Below, in pieces: positions 12,102 through 23,815 of a DNA stretch of 64,000 bases. Each line of letters opens with the position of its first letter. Within the stretch, counting starts at the first letter, position 1. Source of the DNA: Marsupella aquatica (lineage: Eukaryota; Plantae; Marchantiophyta). The stretch spans positions 1,753,094 through 1,817,093 of the forward strand of contig OZ316895.1 in the NCBI GenBank assembly GCA_973895155.1, read 5' to 3'. A program made the position numbers and the translations under genes. Below the pieces are notes generated by a model that saw only the letters and a list, made by a program, of their open reading frames with translations, made no database searches and had not been told where the DNA came from.

Positions 12102-13259
12102 TCAGGTTTTTTCAGTCGATTAGGAACTCCATAGAACTTGCTTCAAGCAAAGCGAACAGCGGATAATTTCCTCTTCAAAGCGGAGCTATTGGAAGAAGAT
12201 CGGACTCAATCTTCTCACAAGTGTGGAGCACACAACCAGGGGCTCATTTCAGTGAAGCAATGAAGGCCTGAGGTCAAAAACGGAAACAATTGTAAGTGAT
12301 GGTTTTCAATTTACGTTATCGGGCAAGAGATAAGGTCAATTTCTCATATCAGTCTTTTTGATTGTTCTATCGGGACTTGAAACTGAGACACGCTTGAGCG
12401 CCTCGTCGTTCTAGACGTTTCGATATCAACATCGCTGGATTTCGTCAAACGGTTGAGAAGTAATCTTAATTTCAATTCTCGTTTTTTTGAGCTCGAAATT
12501 TTGGCTATGGCGGATAACTTAATATCAGTCACTTTCAACGAATCGTTTCTCCCTCATTACTCCACCGTTTTGCGAGTTCTTTATATCGATCTTGATGCCC
12601 TCGAAGTCTAGTTTCTGAATCTGAAATCAGAATTGGATTTCGTCAAAAACTGAGACGGGAATTTGAGTGAATCCGCCGAGGGGTACTTTCTGCCGCGAGT
12701 AGTCGCGACTTCCGCGGACGCGCGAGGAGGTCGAAAACTTCGAGGAGGCCTTTAAGGGCTCGACAGGGCTCGGGCAGGGGAAGTGCCCCCTGTGAATTTC
12801 CCCCACAGGGACTGTACAAGGGCGGACGGAATTTCCCGAAAAGATTCTTTTTCCATAGGCTTAAATTTTTACCGAAGGTCAAAGATTCCGAGCGGCAAAC
12901 AAAATCAAATCAACTTCAACTTTTGGAGAGGTGTACTTGGGGAAGCTAGGCAAGCATTGGTGTGCTCAATTTTGGAAACGCATACTAGTGGAATCTTTGG
13001 CATAAAAGATTCCCTCGAGGGGTATTTATTTCATTTTTTACCCCCCTCCGGTCAGAGTAAAAATTCTCGGCACTCGAGAGTCCGTTTGACAAACCATTTT
13101 CAGCATTTGGAGCGTTACCTTGTGGGCTACACACAGGAGTGATCAATTTCAAAATTCACCAACTTTCATTTTTGGCCTTATTTTCACACCCCGCATCTGA
13201 GCATTCGATGTTTATTTCTTGTTGGAAGGCAACTCCACACTACATTTGGCATTCTAGCG

Positions 13260-16200
13260 ATGGCGACTACTAGGATTGGAGGTCAAAGGTTTGAGGTGGA
13301 AAAATTTGATGGTCGGATGGACTATACAATGTGAGAACGTAACGTGAGGGATGCACTTAGGGCGATGGGCCTAGGCAAGGTACTAAGATCTCAACCCAAG
13401 GAGATGGAAGATGATGATTGGCATGATCTTCAGGATCAAGCGGTAAGCATTGTTGGAATGTACCTGAAAAACAATGTGAAGAAGCAGTTCGAGGAAAAAT
13501 CAACACAAACGGTGACTGACTTGTTTCAAGCATTGCGCAACAAGTACTACAAGAAGGAGATGTCAAACCGAATGTATGCAAGCCTGAAGCTCATGCAATT
13601 CAAAATGGCTGATGGAGTCAAGATTCAAGATCATATCGATCAGTTCAATGATCTTATGGTTGACCTAGAGAATTTGGGGGAGCATTTGAGTGAAGAAAAG
13701 AAAGCCTTACAACTCTTGAGCTCACTACCACCTTTGTACCAATCTTTGTCTCGAGTTCTTCTATTCCGTGATAAGACAACTATATCCTACAATGATATGG
13801 TGAGTGCCCTGTTGACCGATGACATGCAGTCTAAGTTGGTTTCTTCAGCTCATCCTACCTCAACCTCATCATCAACAGCACTAATGGTAGAAAGAGGCAA
13901 ATCAAGGGAGCCATCTCATGAAAACAAAAGGTTTAACCCACTTCCCATGGAGCGAGGAAGGTTCCACGACCGATCTTTTGGTAGGAGAAGGTTTAGATCC
14001 AGATCTAGATCTCGATCCAAATCACCATCCAAGTCTACTCGTGAGATAAAGTGTTGGAAGTGTGATAAAGTGGGCCACATGAAGAAGGATTGTCGCGTCA
14101 AAGACACATTCAAGGAAGTTGCCGGTTCTTCAGCCCAAGTAGTTGTTCGAGAAGAGGATAGTGAAGGATTTGCATTGTGTACCACTTCCCAAGTTGAGGA
14201 TTATCAATGGATTTTGGATTCCGCTTGCTCGTATCACATGTGTTATATGCGTGAATTTTTCTCATCCTACACTCCTATCAACGAATCTGTTTTGATGGGA
14301 AATAATCATTCTTGCAAAGTTTTAGGGATTGGATCCGTAAAGATTCAACTACCTGGTGGCAAGTACTGTACTCTATCAAATGTCAGACACATTCCAGAAA
14401 TGTGTAAGAATTTGATTTCTCTTGGCTACTTGGATGCGAAGGGTTATCAATGGAGTGCAACTGATGGGGTGTTAACAGTCACGCATGGATCAACTGAAGT
14501 TCTTATTGGCAAGAGGAAAAGAAACATCTATGTCTTGGAAGGCACCACCCTTCCTGCCGAAGTCAATTTGGTCACATCTCAGGAGGAGAAAATCAATTTA
14601 TGGCATGCTCGGCTTGGTCACATGAGTGAAAAAAGTTTAGAAATTTTACACAAGCGACATCTCCTACCAGGATTGCAAGCATGCAAGTTGAGTTTTTGTG
14701 ATCATTGCATTGTCGGCAAGAAAACAAGAACTCCATTTCCGACTGCTATTCATCATTCTAAAGTTGTACTTGAGTATATTCATTCCGATGTGTGGGGTCC
14801 TGCTCCGGTTCCTCACATTCAGGCAAACAATACTATGTATCGTTTATCGATGATTACTCAAGGTTTGTTTGGATTTATTTCATTGCCCATAAGTTTGAAG
14901 TGCTTTCCATCTTCAAACAATGGGTAGCTCAAGTTGAGACACAGACTGCAAAGAATGTGAGATATCTACGATCAGATAGTGGTGGTGAATACACCTCTGG
15001 CGAGTTCAACACGTATTGTGTAAATAAGAAAATTACTCACCATCTCACAACTGTGTACACTCTTGAGCAAAATGGTGTTGCTGAGCGACTCAACCGCACA
15101 TTGTTGGAGCGAGCAAGGAGCATGTTGAGCCACTCTAAATTGCCACAAATCTTTTGGGCGGAAGCTGTGAACATTGCTGCTTATCTAGTAAATCTCTCTC
15201 CTAGTCGAGCAATTACTTACAAAACCCCCTTTGAGTTATGGCACAATCGACCTGCTGATTATTCAAAGCTTAGGGTTTTGGGTTGTGAAGCATATGCACA
15301 TGTTCCTAGCAACAATAGGACTAAGCTAGATCCTAGAGCCCAGAAATGCATTTTTCTTGGTTATCAGCGTGAAGTTAAAGGTTATCGGTTGTGGGATCCA
15401 GTTGATTGCAAGTTACTTGTTAGTCGGAATGTATCCTTCAATGAAGAAAAATCATTGAAGGAGGGGGAGATAGATCAATTCCCTACTACTAACAAAGAGC
15501 AATCTCCTCCTCTAGAGGATTTAAGGGGAAAGGATGTGTCAGATGAAGAATATGTTGACACCACTGTAAGGCAAAGCACACTACAATCAGATCAGCCAGA
15601 GTCTTCAGTGCAAAGAGGAACTCACAAACGTCAAGCCCGAGAAAGGTATGGAACTTGGCTTCCTTCTGATCAAGTGGATTTGGATGAAGAATCTATTGAT
15701 GCATTGGTGACAGAAGATGGAGATCCATCCTCATTTCGAGAGGTCCTAGTTTCTATGGAGAAGCAACAATGGCAGGCGGCGATGCGCATGGAAATGAAAT
15801 CACTTCATGATAACAAGACTTGGGAACTCACAAGTCTACCTACTGACAAGCAGGTTGTTGACAGCAAGTGGGTGTATAGAAAGAAAGATGGACCCACGGA
15901 GGATGCTGAGAAGATATTTAAGGCTCGGTTGGTAGCCAAGGGTTTTACTCAACAGAAAGGTATAGACTACAATGAGGTTTTTTCACCCGTAGCAAAGCAT
16001 TCAACAATACGTTTGCTATGTGCTCTTGTAGTTTTATTTGATCTAGTTTTAGATCAAATGGATGTTGTCACGGCATTCTTATATGGATCGTTGGATGAGG
16101 TGATTTACATGAGGCAACCAGAGGGTTTTGTACAAAAGGGCAAGGAAAATTTGGTATGCAGATTGCTAAAATCCTTGTATGGATTAAAGCAGAGCCCAAG

Positions 16201-17292
16201 GCAGTGGAACAAGCGTTTTGATGAATTTTTGAAATCGCTTGGATTTGTGTGAAGCGTGTACGATCCATGTGTTTACATCAGGCGTGTGAACAACACAGGT
16301 TTTAAGTTTGTCATCCTTGTACTTTATGTAGATGACATGTTCATTGCAGCAAAGGATAGGGGCGAAGTTGATAAGCTTAAGGCCCAACTCAGTTCTGAGT
16401 TTAAGATGAAGGACTTGGGCACAACCAAGAGGATCCTAGGCATGGAGATTGTCAGGGATGTGAACAAAGCCAAACTTTGGCTGACGCAAAAAAGATATGC
16501 AGAGAAGGTGCTCTCAAATTCAACATGGCAGATGCTAAGGCTGTGAGTGTTCCTTTGGCAAGGCATTTCAATATTTCTGCAGCATTTTGTCCATCGGATG
16601 CAACAGAAAAAAGTTTGATGTCCAAAGTTCCTTATGAAAGTGCTGTGGGCAGTTTAATGTATCTCATGGTATGCACCCGACCAAACATAGCTTATGCCGT
16701 TAGCAAGGTAAGCAGATACATGGCAAATCCAGGAAAAGTCCATTGGGAAGCAGTGAAATGGATTTTGCACTACATCAGAGGTTCCACTAAGAAGGGTTTA
16801 TTGTTTGATGCAAGTTCAAACAATATGAAAGTGCTTCAAGGTTATGTGGATGCAGACTACGCAGGTGATCTGGATAAGAGGAGATCAACAACTGGATATG
16901 TATTTACACTTGCTGGTGGATGCATTAGTTGGAAGTCTACTCTCCAAAAGTGTGTTGCAAAGTCTACTATGGATGCCGAGTATGTAGCGGCAGCAGAAGC
17001 AGCATCAGAGACCATTTGGTTGAAAAAGCTTGTCAAAGAGATGGGCTTATCACAAGATTCTGTGTATCTTCATTGTGACAGTCAAAGTGCAATTTACACT
17101 GCCAAGAATCAGGTGATGGATGGCAGGGTAAAGCACATTGATGTCCGCTATCATTTCATCCGACAGGCATTATTGGATGATGAATTTGAGCTTGTCAAGA
17201 TTGATGGAAAGCTTAATCCAGCGGATGCTTTTACCAAAGTATTAGACTCCAATAGTTTTTCAAGGCATTGTAATTATTTACAAATATTGTAA
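13260..17292 (+). pseudogene. Copia gag-pol polyprotein broken by 2 stops and 2 frameshifts
   Basis: ATG 13260 gives MATTRIGGQRFEVEKFDG, then TGA at 13332. Zinc knuckle CWKCDKVGHMKKDC, protease WILDSAC, integrase HSDVWG/FIDDYSR/QNGVAER, RT YVDDM, RNase H YVDADYAGD/KHIDVRYHF. Frameshifts at about 14811 and 16513, TGA at 16250. Confidence 0.95.
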
Positions 17293-17484
17293 ATAGAGTT
17301 AACCAAGAAAATGTCTCTATATGAGTACTCCATCTGATGGCTTATCGGCTACGGCTTAGTTCTAGTTAACCCTTGCATTAGGGGGAGGGCCTTTTGGCCT
17401 TACTGTCTTGAACTTCCCGCGGAGAAACTTGTAAGGAAAAGACAATATTATGAACCCTCCCAAGACGTGAGTCAAGGGGGAGTT

Positions 17485-17867
17485 TGTAGAGGTTAACTCA
17501 GTCTTGGGTTGAACTATGGTTAGGATGTTAACTCTAACCTTTGTAGAGGTTAACTCAGTCTTGGGTTGAACTATGGTTAGGATGTTAACTAGGGTTAGAG
17601 TAAACCCTAGTTGAAGAGATTGATCCTTATCTCTTCAACTTGTATGTGGTGTGAGAACACACACAAGAGAGTTCTCAAGAGAGAACACAGGGATATAGCA
17701 AGAGATGAGAGCTTGAAGAGATGAGAGCTATGGTGATGCTTGAGTACACACATAACCGCTAATAAAGCTTGGTCTTCCCGTGGACGTAGCCAACCTTGAG
17801 GCGAACCACGTAACTATTGAGCACGTGCATGTTTGGAGTGTTTTTCCTGATCTGATTTCTCCCCACA
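17485..17867 (+). repeat. 3' LTR
   Basis: Matches the 5' LTR except gtgtat/gtgcat and ttctt/ttttt near its 3' end. Followed by the TSD. Confidence 0.97.
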
Positions 17868-20781
17868 GCCCTTGCTTCTCATTGTGGCAAGTGGCAAGTT
17901 GCACTTGGTGGAGTGCGAACGAAAAGCTAAAAGTGAAAACGTAACTAGAGCTAAAATCTGATGTAAGAGTAAAACATATCTCCCTAGATAGAAAGAGATC
18001 GACGATCAGGGATCAGACTAAAGAACCGGTCGAGCAGAGAAGAGAACAGGGCATTCCCTGTCACAGGATCTTTAAAGTAAATAAAATATGAGAGCTAGCC
18101 CAATGCCAATGCCTTGCACAAAAGATGTTAAGGTGAAAATAAATGTCAACGTGAATAAAAGATCTAGGTGTGAAAAAAATTGTCAATGAGAGAAAAAGAT
18201 GTCTAGGTGAAGAAAAAATGTTGGTGTTGTCGAGGTGAGAAATCATTAGGAGGACTAAATACAGACCATAAGTCACCATATAGCAGCTTGTTTGGATAGT
18301 CAGACAGTCTTTATCAGGCCCTTCAATTTGTCCGTGGGTAGACTTTAGATTAGTGTGTCTTTTGTGTTCCTTGTGCTCGGCTTGTGCCTGGTCGTTTTGG
18401 CCTTTCGGCTTTTAATTCTGGCCTTTTTCTTGTTTTCCCTTGATGGGGTTTTTGCCTGTGGGATCCTGTCTTCCAATTCAGCACCCCCTGCTTTTTGGCA
18501 GTTTGATATCATGGATTGCTTTTAAAATACCATTTTATTCAAAGAATCAATGGCTTAGTTCACTGGAAAACTCTTCACTTACCAACCAAGAGAAAAACTT
18601 AAAAACTAAACATGATTAAAGGTCTTAATTAAAGAAGTTCTTAAACTAACTATGACGACTTGAAATTTAAACAAAGGGTCAAGGGAACTCCAAAAGGTTG
18701 ATAATTTGCTGGAAGGTAGGCTAGGAAGTAAGGAACAAATGCTTGCTGGTTTGGACGGTGAAACGAATCTAAATCTGCTAACTAAGGGATAATTTTTGTT
18801 TTCATCTCGGAAGGGACAAGCATAAATTAAGGTGGAAAGGCAGATTTCCATCCTTTCACTTTCCAAAACTGTCTTAGAAATCTGACTTGGGGATAAGAAT
18901 TAAAGCTACTCAACTCCAGAATACTCCAGAATTCTTGTCTGGGGTGTGGCTCCTATGAAGGTGTATTTTGAGTGATTGCTAGGAGAGTCCTAATAAGGAC
19001 TTCTTTGCTGGGTCATCTAGCACTTTCATATGCTCCTTGAAGCTGCTATCTGCAAAGCGCAAGCTTTGCCCCACCCAAGCTACTTGACACATATAGCATT
19101 GACCTAGTTTAGAGCATACATTGATATCACTTTGGTCATATTGTAAAACAGTTCATTCATGCTATATCAATTAGATATTGTCATGCCAAGGGACATTTCC
19201 TCTTATGCACATTTGCATGTCCCTTGCATGCCCGCTAGGTATGTACTTAATAGGGCTAGTACTTGAGTTGGGTTGTACACATTTTTGAAGCAAGTTTGGT
19301 TCGTTCTTGAAGCAAACGCGCTTGTTAGTGTGACGCCTTGACCTAGCTTACTTAGGGTATGTCTCTCTTTGTCATTTTTCAGTTATTCTTGACTCTCTAT
19401 TGAGATAGAGTTTTTCAAACAGTGCTCGTCAATTCCCTATATGAAATTAAGACAATGATTCGTTAGATGCTCATGACAAATCTTGTCATGCCGTGGGTTT
19501 TCAGTTCAATTTCGGTACTTTGATTCCCTTACGCCTTTGATTATACACAGGTTTACACCTCCAATATGTACATACCACCTCATTTACTTTTTTTCTTGAC
19601 ACTTGTTAATGTGATGGGACTTTCTTATGTTGGTTGCTAGCGGCTTGCACATATGATACACTATGGCAACGATACTATATGTCACAACAATACAGTTTTG
19701 ACCACATCATACTCACAAAAATCAATACAATTGAACCTATTAATTGGAACATTCCCCTATTTGTACTCTCATTATTGTGTGCAATTGAACCTAAATTACT
19801 CCAACCCATACTCCCTCCTATCACCATAAACTAGATCCACCATGCACCACATAGTAATTTTCCCTTGCTCTTTTTTGTTTTTTAGGATTGTATTTGCTTT
19901 TAGTTTTTTGTGATTGCTGTTTGTTCCTTTGGACCTCTTTTTCTTTCATTGTACTGTTTTATAACTTTGGTGGAAGTTTCACTTTCTCAGATTTCAGAAA
20001 AATTATATATTAATGCTTATTTTAATGCTTATTTTAATGCTGCGTAGAATTATTTTAAAGTACGTGCAAGAAAACCCCAATTGCGATCTCGGCTCTCACT
20101 GTGTACTTTCCTCCTTGTTCATACACTTTTGTTTGTGGGTCAAACTTCGTAAGTGGCAACGCAAGCATGTTTGTACTCTTTCGCTTTTACCCAATTGTAC
20201 TTTCTTCGACACTTTTTCAGTAAATCCGTGCCCTTTTCCGAGAAACTTGAGTATTTTAATGCACTTTGCTGATTTGTTGAGGGCCGGCCATCCATCCATT
20301 CTTTCATATTTGTTTATGAGGCAGGTCACTTTTTAGTAAAGTGGTGCTTGTTGGGGACAAGAAAACTTTATGGATTTTTAATTGCACTTTTTCGTGGGCA
20401 AGCCATTTTGTCATATTTCTTTCCAAGGCAGGTCTGAATTTGGGGCAGCTTTCCACCTCACTTTCCTCTGCTGTCTCTCTGGTTGACTTCTTTGCAGTTA
20501 TCACCCTCTACGACAAGACTTTGCTGGTTGTTTAGTGAGATATGTAGAACTTGATGGACCCCAAAATGAATCCATGGACCCATGAGTGATCCAGACCATT
20601 GATGACACTAAATTTTATATAAAACCTTATTAAGTTATTAGTGAGGATACAACGAGCCTGCCCATTATTAGAATGCTAATAAAAATAATGACAAAAATAG
20701 ATGTGTACAATATCATTGCACATACATAGTATCCTTCTTTTCTATCACATAAACTTGAGTCATTTGCTTGATGAACTCCCA

Positions 20782-20905
20782 AGGTCTATCAATGGTCCAG
20801 ATCTGAGATTGAAAGGTCCATCAATGGTCCAGATTGGAGAAAAGTATTGAGGGGGTTGATTAAACAAACCTTTCCAAAAAGGTGATCTATTAAGCATATC
20901 TCTCC
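20782..20905. repeat. Dispersed repeat (probable non-autonomous TE fragment); second copy at about 45341-45456
   Basis: aggtctatcaa(t/c)ggtc(c/a)agatctgagat...ggtccagattggagaaaagtat(t/c)gagggg...ttgattaa...taagcatat is shared by both loci. Confidence 0.75.
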
Positions 20906-21180
20906 ATAAACTTTGGTGGGTCTTGATGGTTCATTCCTATACCCCAACTCTAGCTTTTGATGACGAGTCATTAATAAAACAATTATACGTATTTATTTAT
21001 TGTTAGATGACTTCGCTCTTCAGCCTCTTCTCACCCAATCTGACTAAACTTCTTTAGTGGTTGGGTGACCTTTGGGACCCTGTCCTAGCCACCTTGGCAC
21101 AATGGCACCTAAGCAAATACTTAGTACAACCGACACATAAGGAGTGCAGTAGGTCTGGCATACGCTAGGTACAACTCCCC

Positions 21181-21580
21181 CACGTGTCTCCCAGGGACTG
21201 GAGGGCAGCTGGCGGTATGCGGAAATCTCCCGTCGATTCCAGGTGCTGTGCCCTCATTCGCTGTCATCGAAGTTCATTTCTTGCCAAGTGTCGCCCTCCA
21301 TCTCGACATAGCCCGGCGCACTTCGAGCAATGTGTCATCTCGTCACCGAATCTCCGCCTAGACCAGATTAGTGAACTGGGATTAGTCCTGATCTTCCTCT
21401 TAATGCGAGCATGACGTCAGATATGGACGGTTGAGATCTAATACTGAGTTGAGATGTGCCATTCTAGCCGCAGATGCACACGTGACGTAATCAACTAGCC
21501 ATTAATTACTGTGGAGGCGATTTCGTGTCCAGGCGTTTACCCGTAGGCCTCGAGGCGTAGCGTCCCCCGTCTTTATAAAC
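21181..21580 (+). promoter_or_regulatory. Promoter of the LQRTMS-repeat gene: ACGT-core (bZIP) boxes and TATA
   Basis: CACGTGTC at 21181, TGACGTCA at about 21412, CACGTGACGT at about 21479, TTTATAAA at about 21572, then a pyrimidine-rich leader. Confidence 0.55.
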
Positions 21581-22048
21581 CTTTCACGATGTCCAACAAT
21601 TCGCATTCCGTCAGTCTTCTGTATATCTCACTCTCTCATCCTCGATCTCGCTGTGATTGCTTGAGCGCAATCCCTGGTTCCTTGCGTTTCTCTGCTTTCG
21701 AACGCTGTATTGCGTAGAATCTGTCGACGAGCACATTGATTTCGCTTTGCTCAATTCTCTCTGTTCGTTCGTTCTTCTCTACGTGAGAAATTCTTTCGGT
21801 ACTGTCTCTGGGTCCGAGGCCTTTTCACGTTGACAATACTCTCCTTCTTCTTCACTTGAGGTCCGTTTTCTCTTCGTTGGTTCACTGAGCGGGAATTTAT
21901 CTGACGTTTTTCCCGTTTCTGGAGCCGCAAACGTGAGTTGCTTCACGGATTGTCCTAGCGAGAGTGTTTCCCTTTGATCGATTTCTGTGCTTCCTCGAGC
22001 GCAAGTTTTCCCACCAAGAGTCGTTCCTGTCTGAAGTTCCTCTTCGGT

Positions 22049-22729
22049 ATGTCTCCGGACCAGAGTGTTCCGTCGGCAGCAGTTACGGGTCAGGAAGCAC
22101 ACAGCTCAACCATGAGCAGCAGCGAGCCTAATCGGCAAGCATGCGGCCTGGGTCTGCAGAGGACTGCTTCGAAAGATTTAGGCTCTGCATTGCATGGTGG
22201 CATGTCGCAGGGAGCCTTGGGAAATGCACCGCAGGGTGGAGGTCTTGGCCTGCAACGAACCATGTCTAGGGATATGGGAGGAGAAGCAGGCTCTCAACCC
22301 GGCGGATTGCAAAGAACCATGTCGAGAGACCTGGGAGGAACAGGACCTCAACCGGGCGGCTTGCAAAGAACCATGTCCAGAGATTTGGGAGGAGCAGGAC
22401 CTCAACCCGGCGGATTGCAAAGGACCATGTCCAGAGACGTGGGAGGAGCAGGTCCCCAATCCGGCGGATTGCAAAGGACCATGTCCAGAGACTTGGGAGG
22501 AGCAGGTCCTCAACCCGGCGGATTGCAAAGAACTTTGTCGAGGGACTTGGGCATGGGCAACTCACAGCCGAGTGGTGGTGGCCTGCAGAGAACCATGTCC
22601 AGCGGTCTGGGGAACGTCCAGCCCAGTGGCACGCAGAGGAATGTACCGAGAGACCCTTCACGGCAGCCTAGGAAAACCGCCGGGAAGGCAGAGAGGGTAC
22701 CGCGATCAGTCGGCAGTCAAGGCCTTTAA
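22049..22729 (+). CDS. Unknown Gly/Gln/Pro-rich, probably disordered protein with 8 LQRT[M/A/L]S motifs (18-aa / 54-bp tandem unit)
   Basis: Open frame from ATG 22049 (or 22112) to TAA 22729. Repeat unit GGLQRTMSRDLGGAGPQP. Differences between copies in the core are mostly synonymous in this frame (CGA/AGA/AGG, TCT/TCG/TCC, GAT/GAC, CTG/TTG), which implies protein-level selection. A TATA-containing promoter lies upstream. Confidence 0.75.
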   Translation: MSPDQSVPSAAVTGQEAHSSTMSSSEPNRQACGLGLQRTASKDLGSALHGGMSQGALGNAPQGGGLGLQRTMSRDMGGEAGSQPGGLQRTMSRDLGGTGPQPGGLQRTMSRDLGGAGPQPGGLQRTMSRDVGGAGPQSGGLQRTMSRDLGGAGPQPGGLQRTLSRDLGMGNSQPSGGGLQRTMSSGLGNVQPSGTQRNVPRDPSRQPRKTAGKAERVPRSVGSQGL

Positions 22730-23514
22730 GGCACAACGAACTCATTCCTTTCCCGTCATCAGACCTGTACATAATTCGGAGCGCTTGCACAAGTCACTGG
22801 ACTGGCATTTTAGTGCATCTGATGGTCTGATGTGTCTATAATTCATTTGTAGGAAACTGAACTCATATGCAATTTCGCTGGAAATCATTCATACGGCAGT
22901 TACTTTCGATTCGAGTCCTGAAGTAGTGTCAGACCTGAGTAGCGAGTTCTTAAATCTTCCAAACGCTCGCCGGGGCAATTCTCATGGCAATTCCGATATT
23001 TAGAACCGGTTCATTCCTACAATGGAACCTCAAATGTCAACAATTTTCTTTAAAGCAGTTTCGCAAATTATATTGGAAGTACTGTATTTCAGTCCGTTAG
23101 CACCTGTGCAACAATCATACCTCTAATGAGAAAACAGAATTAACAGCACGATATGGAGAAGATGCTGTCACTGATTCATCTCGTGGACCCCGAGTGACAA
23201 TCCCGGGAAAGTTTAAATCCATCATGTCCACAGGAATTTCAAACATTAAACCAAACGTTCCAACAGAATTTATCATATCTACCTGAACACACATCAAATG
23301 AGACTGTTTGAACAGATCGTTTGATGCTATATAAAATAAGAGCATTCTTGTTTACCTATCCCAAACTTGTCATGCCGAAAACTCCACATTCGAAATCCTG
23401 TCACCGATAAAACGATGTGCCTCCTATCTCACTTGCCAAAAGTAACCCACAGAACCCCCTCTCAAACGTGAAACGAGGATTGCAATCACAAGCCAGTTGG
23501 GGAGATACGTCTTA

Positions 23515-23815
23515 CAGTGGAGCTTTTGGGCTTGAGCACCTGGGACACTTATTAGGACCTTTCGAAGCTTTTGTCTCTGTTAGCAATTACATCCGTTAGA
23601 TGATGATTGATTTCACTGGTTGAGAGACGGATCAACTGCTGCAACTCAGTGTGATGGTTCCTGTAGTGGAGCTTTCGGGCTTGGCCACTTGGGACACAAT
23701 CCTGTGAACCACATCTCGAACCTTTTATCCTGCACTACGGATTACATCCGTTTCAGTCTGTTCGATTTCACTGGTTGTAAGTTGGATCGACTGCTGCGAC
23801 ACAATGTGATGGTGT
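23515..23815. repeat. Degenerate two-copy duplication of about 150 bp
   Basis: agtggagctttt/cgggctt...gggacac...attacatccgtt...gatttcactggtt...ggatc(a/g)actgctgc occurs twice. Confidence 0.65.

Larger units (their letters stand above)
11705..17867 (+). mobile_element. Full-length Ty1/copia LTR retrotransposon, coding-defective
   Basis: TG...CA LTRs at 11705-12087 and 17485-17867 (383 bp each, 2 mismatches by eye). 5-bp TSD GCCCT at 11700-11704 and 17868-17872. PBS TGGTATCAGAGC at 12090-12101. PPT AAGGGGGAG at 17474-17482. Domain order gag-PR-INT-RT-RH. Confidence 0.98.

Noticed and set aside
20013-20535. Lys-rich coding-like fragments on the minus strand
   Set aside because: Multiple stops and no identifiable domain; probably a decayed TE that cannot be supported as a feature.
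22194-22841. Alternative frame giving Cys-rich CKEPCPETWEE repeats resembling SPRR/cornifin or metallothionein
   Set aside because: It starts at GTG. Changes between copies are synonymous in the LQRTMSRD frame but non-synonymous here, so it is a shadow ORF of the repeat, as are the antisense ORFs.
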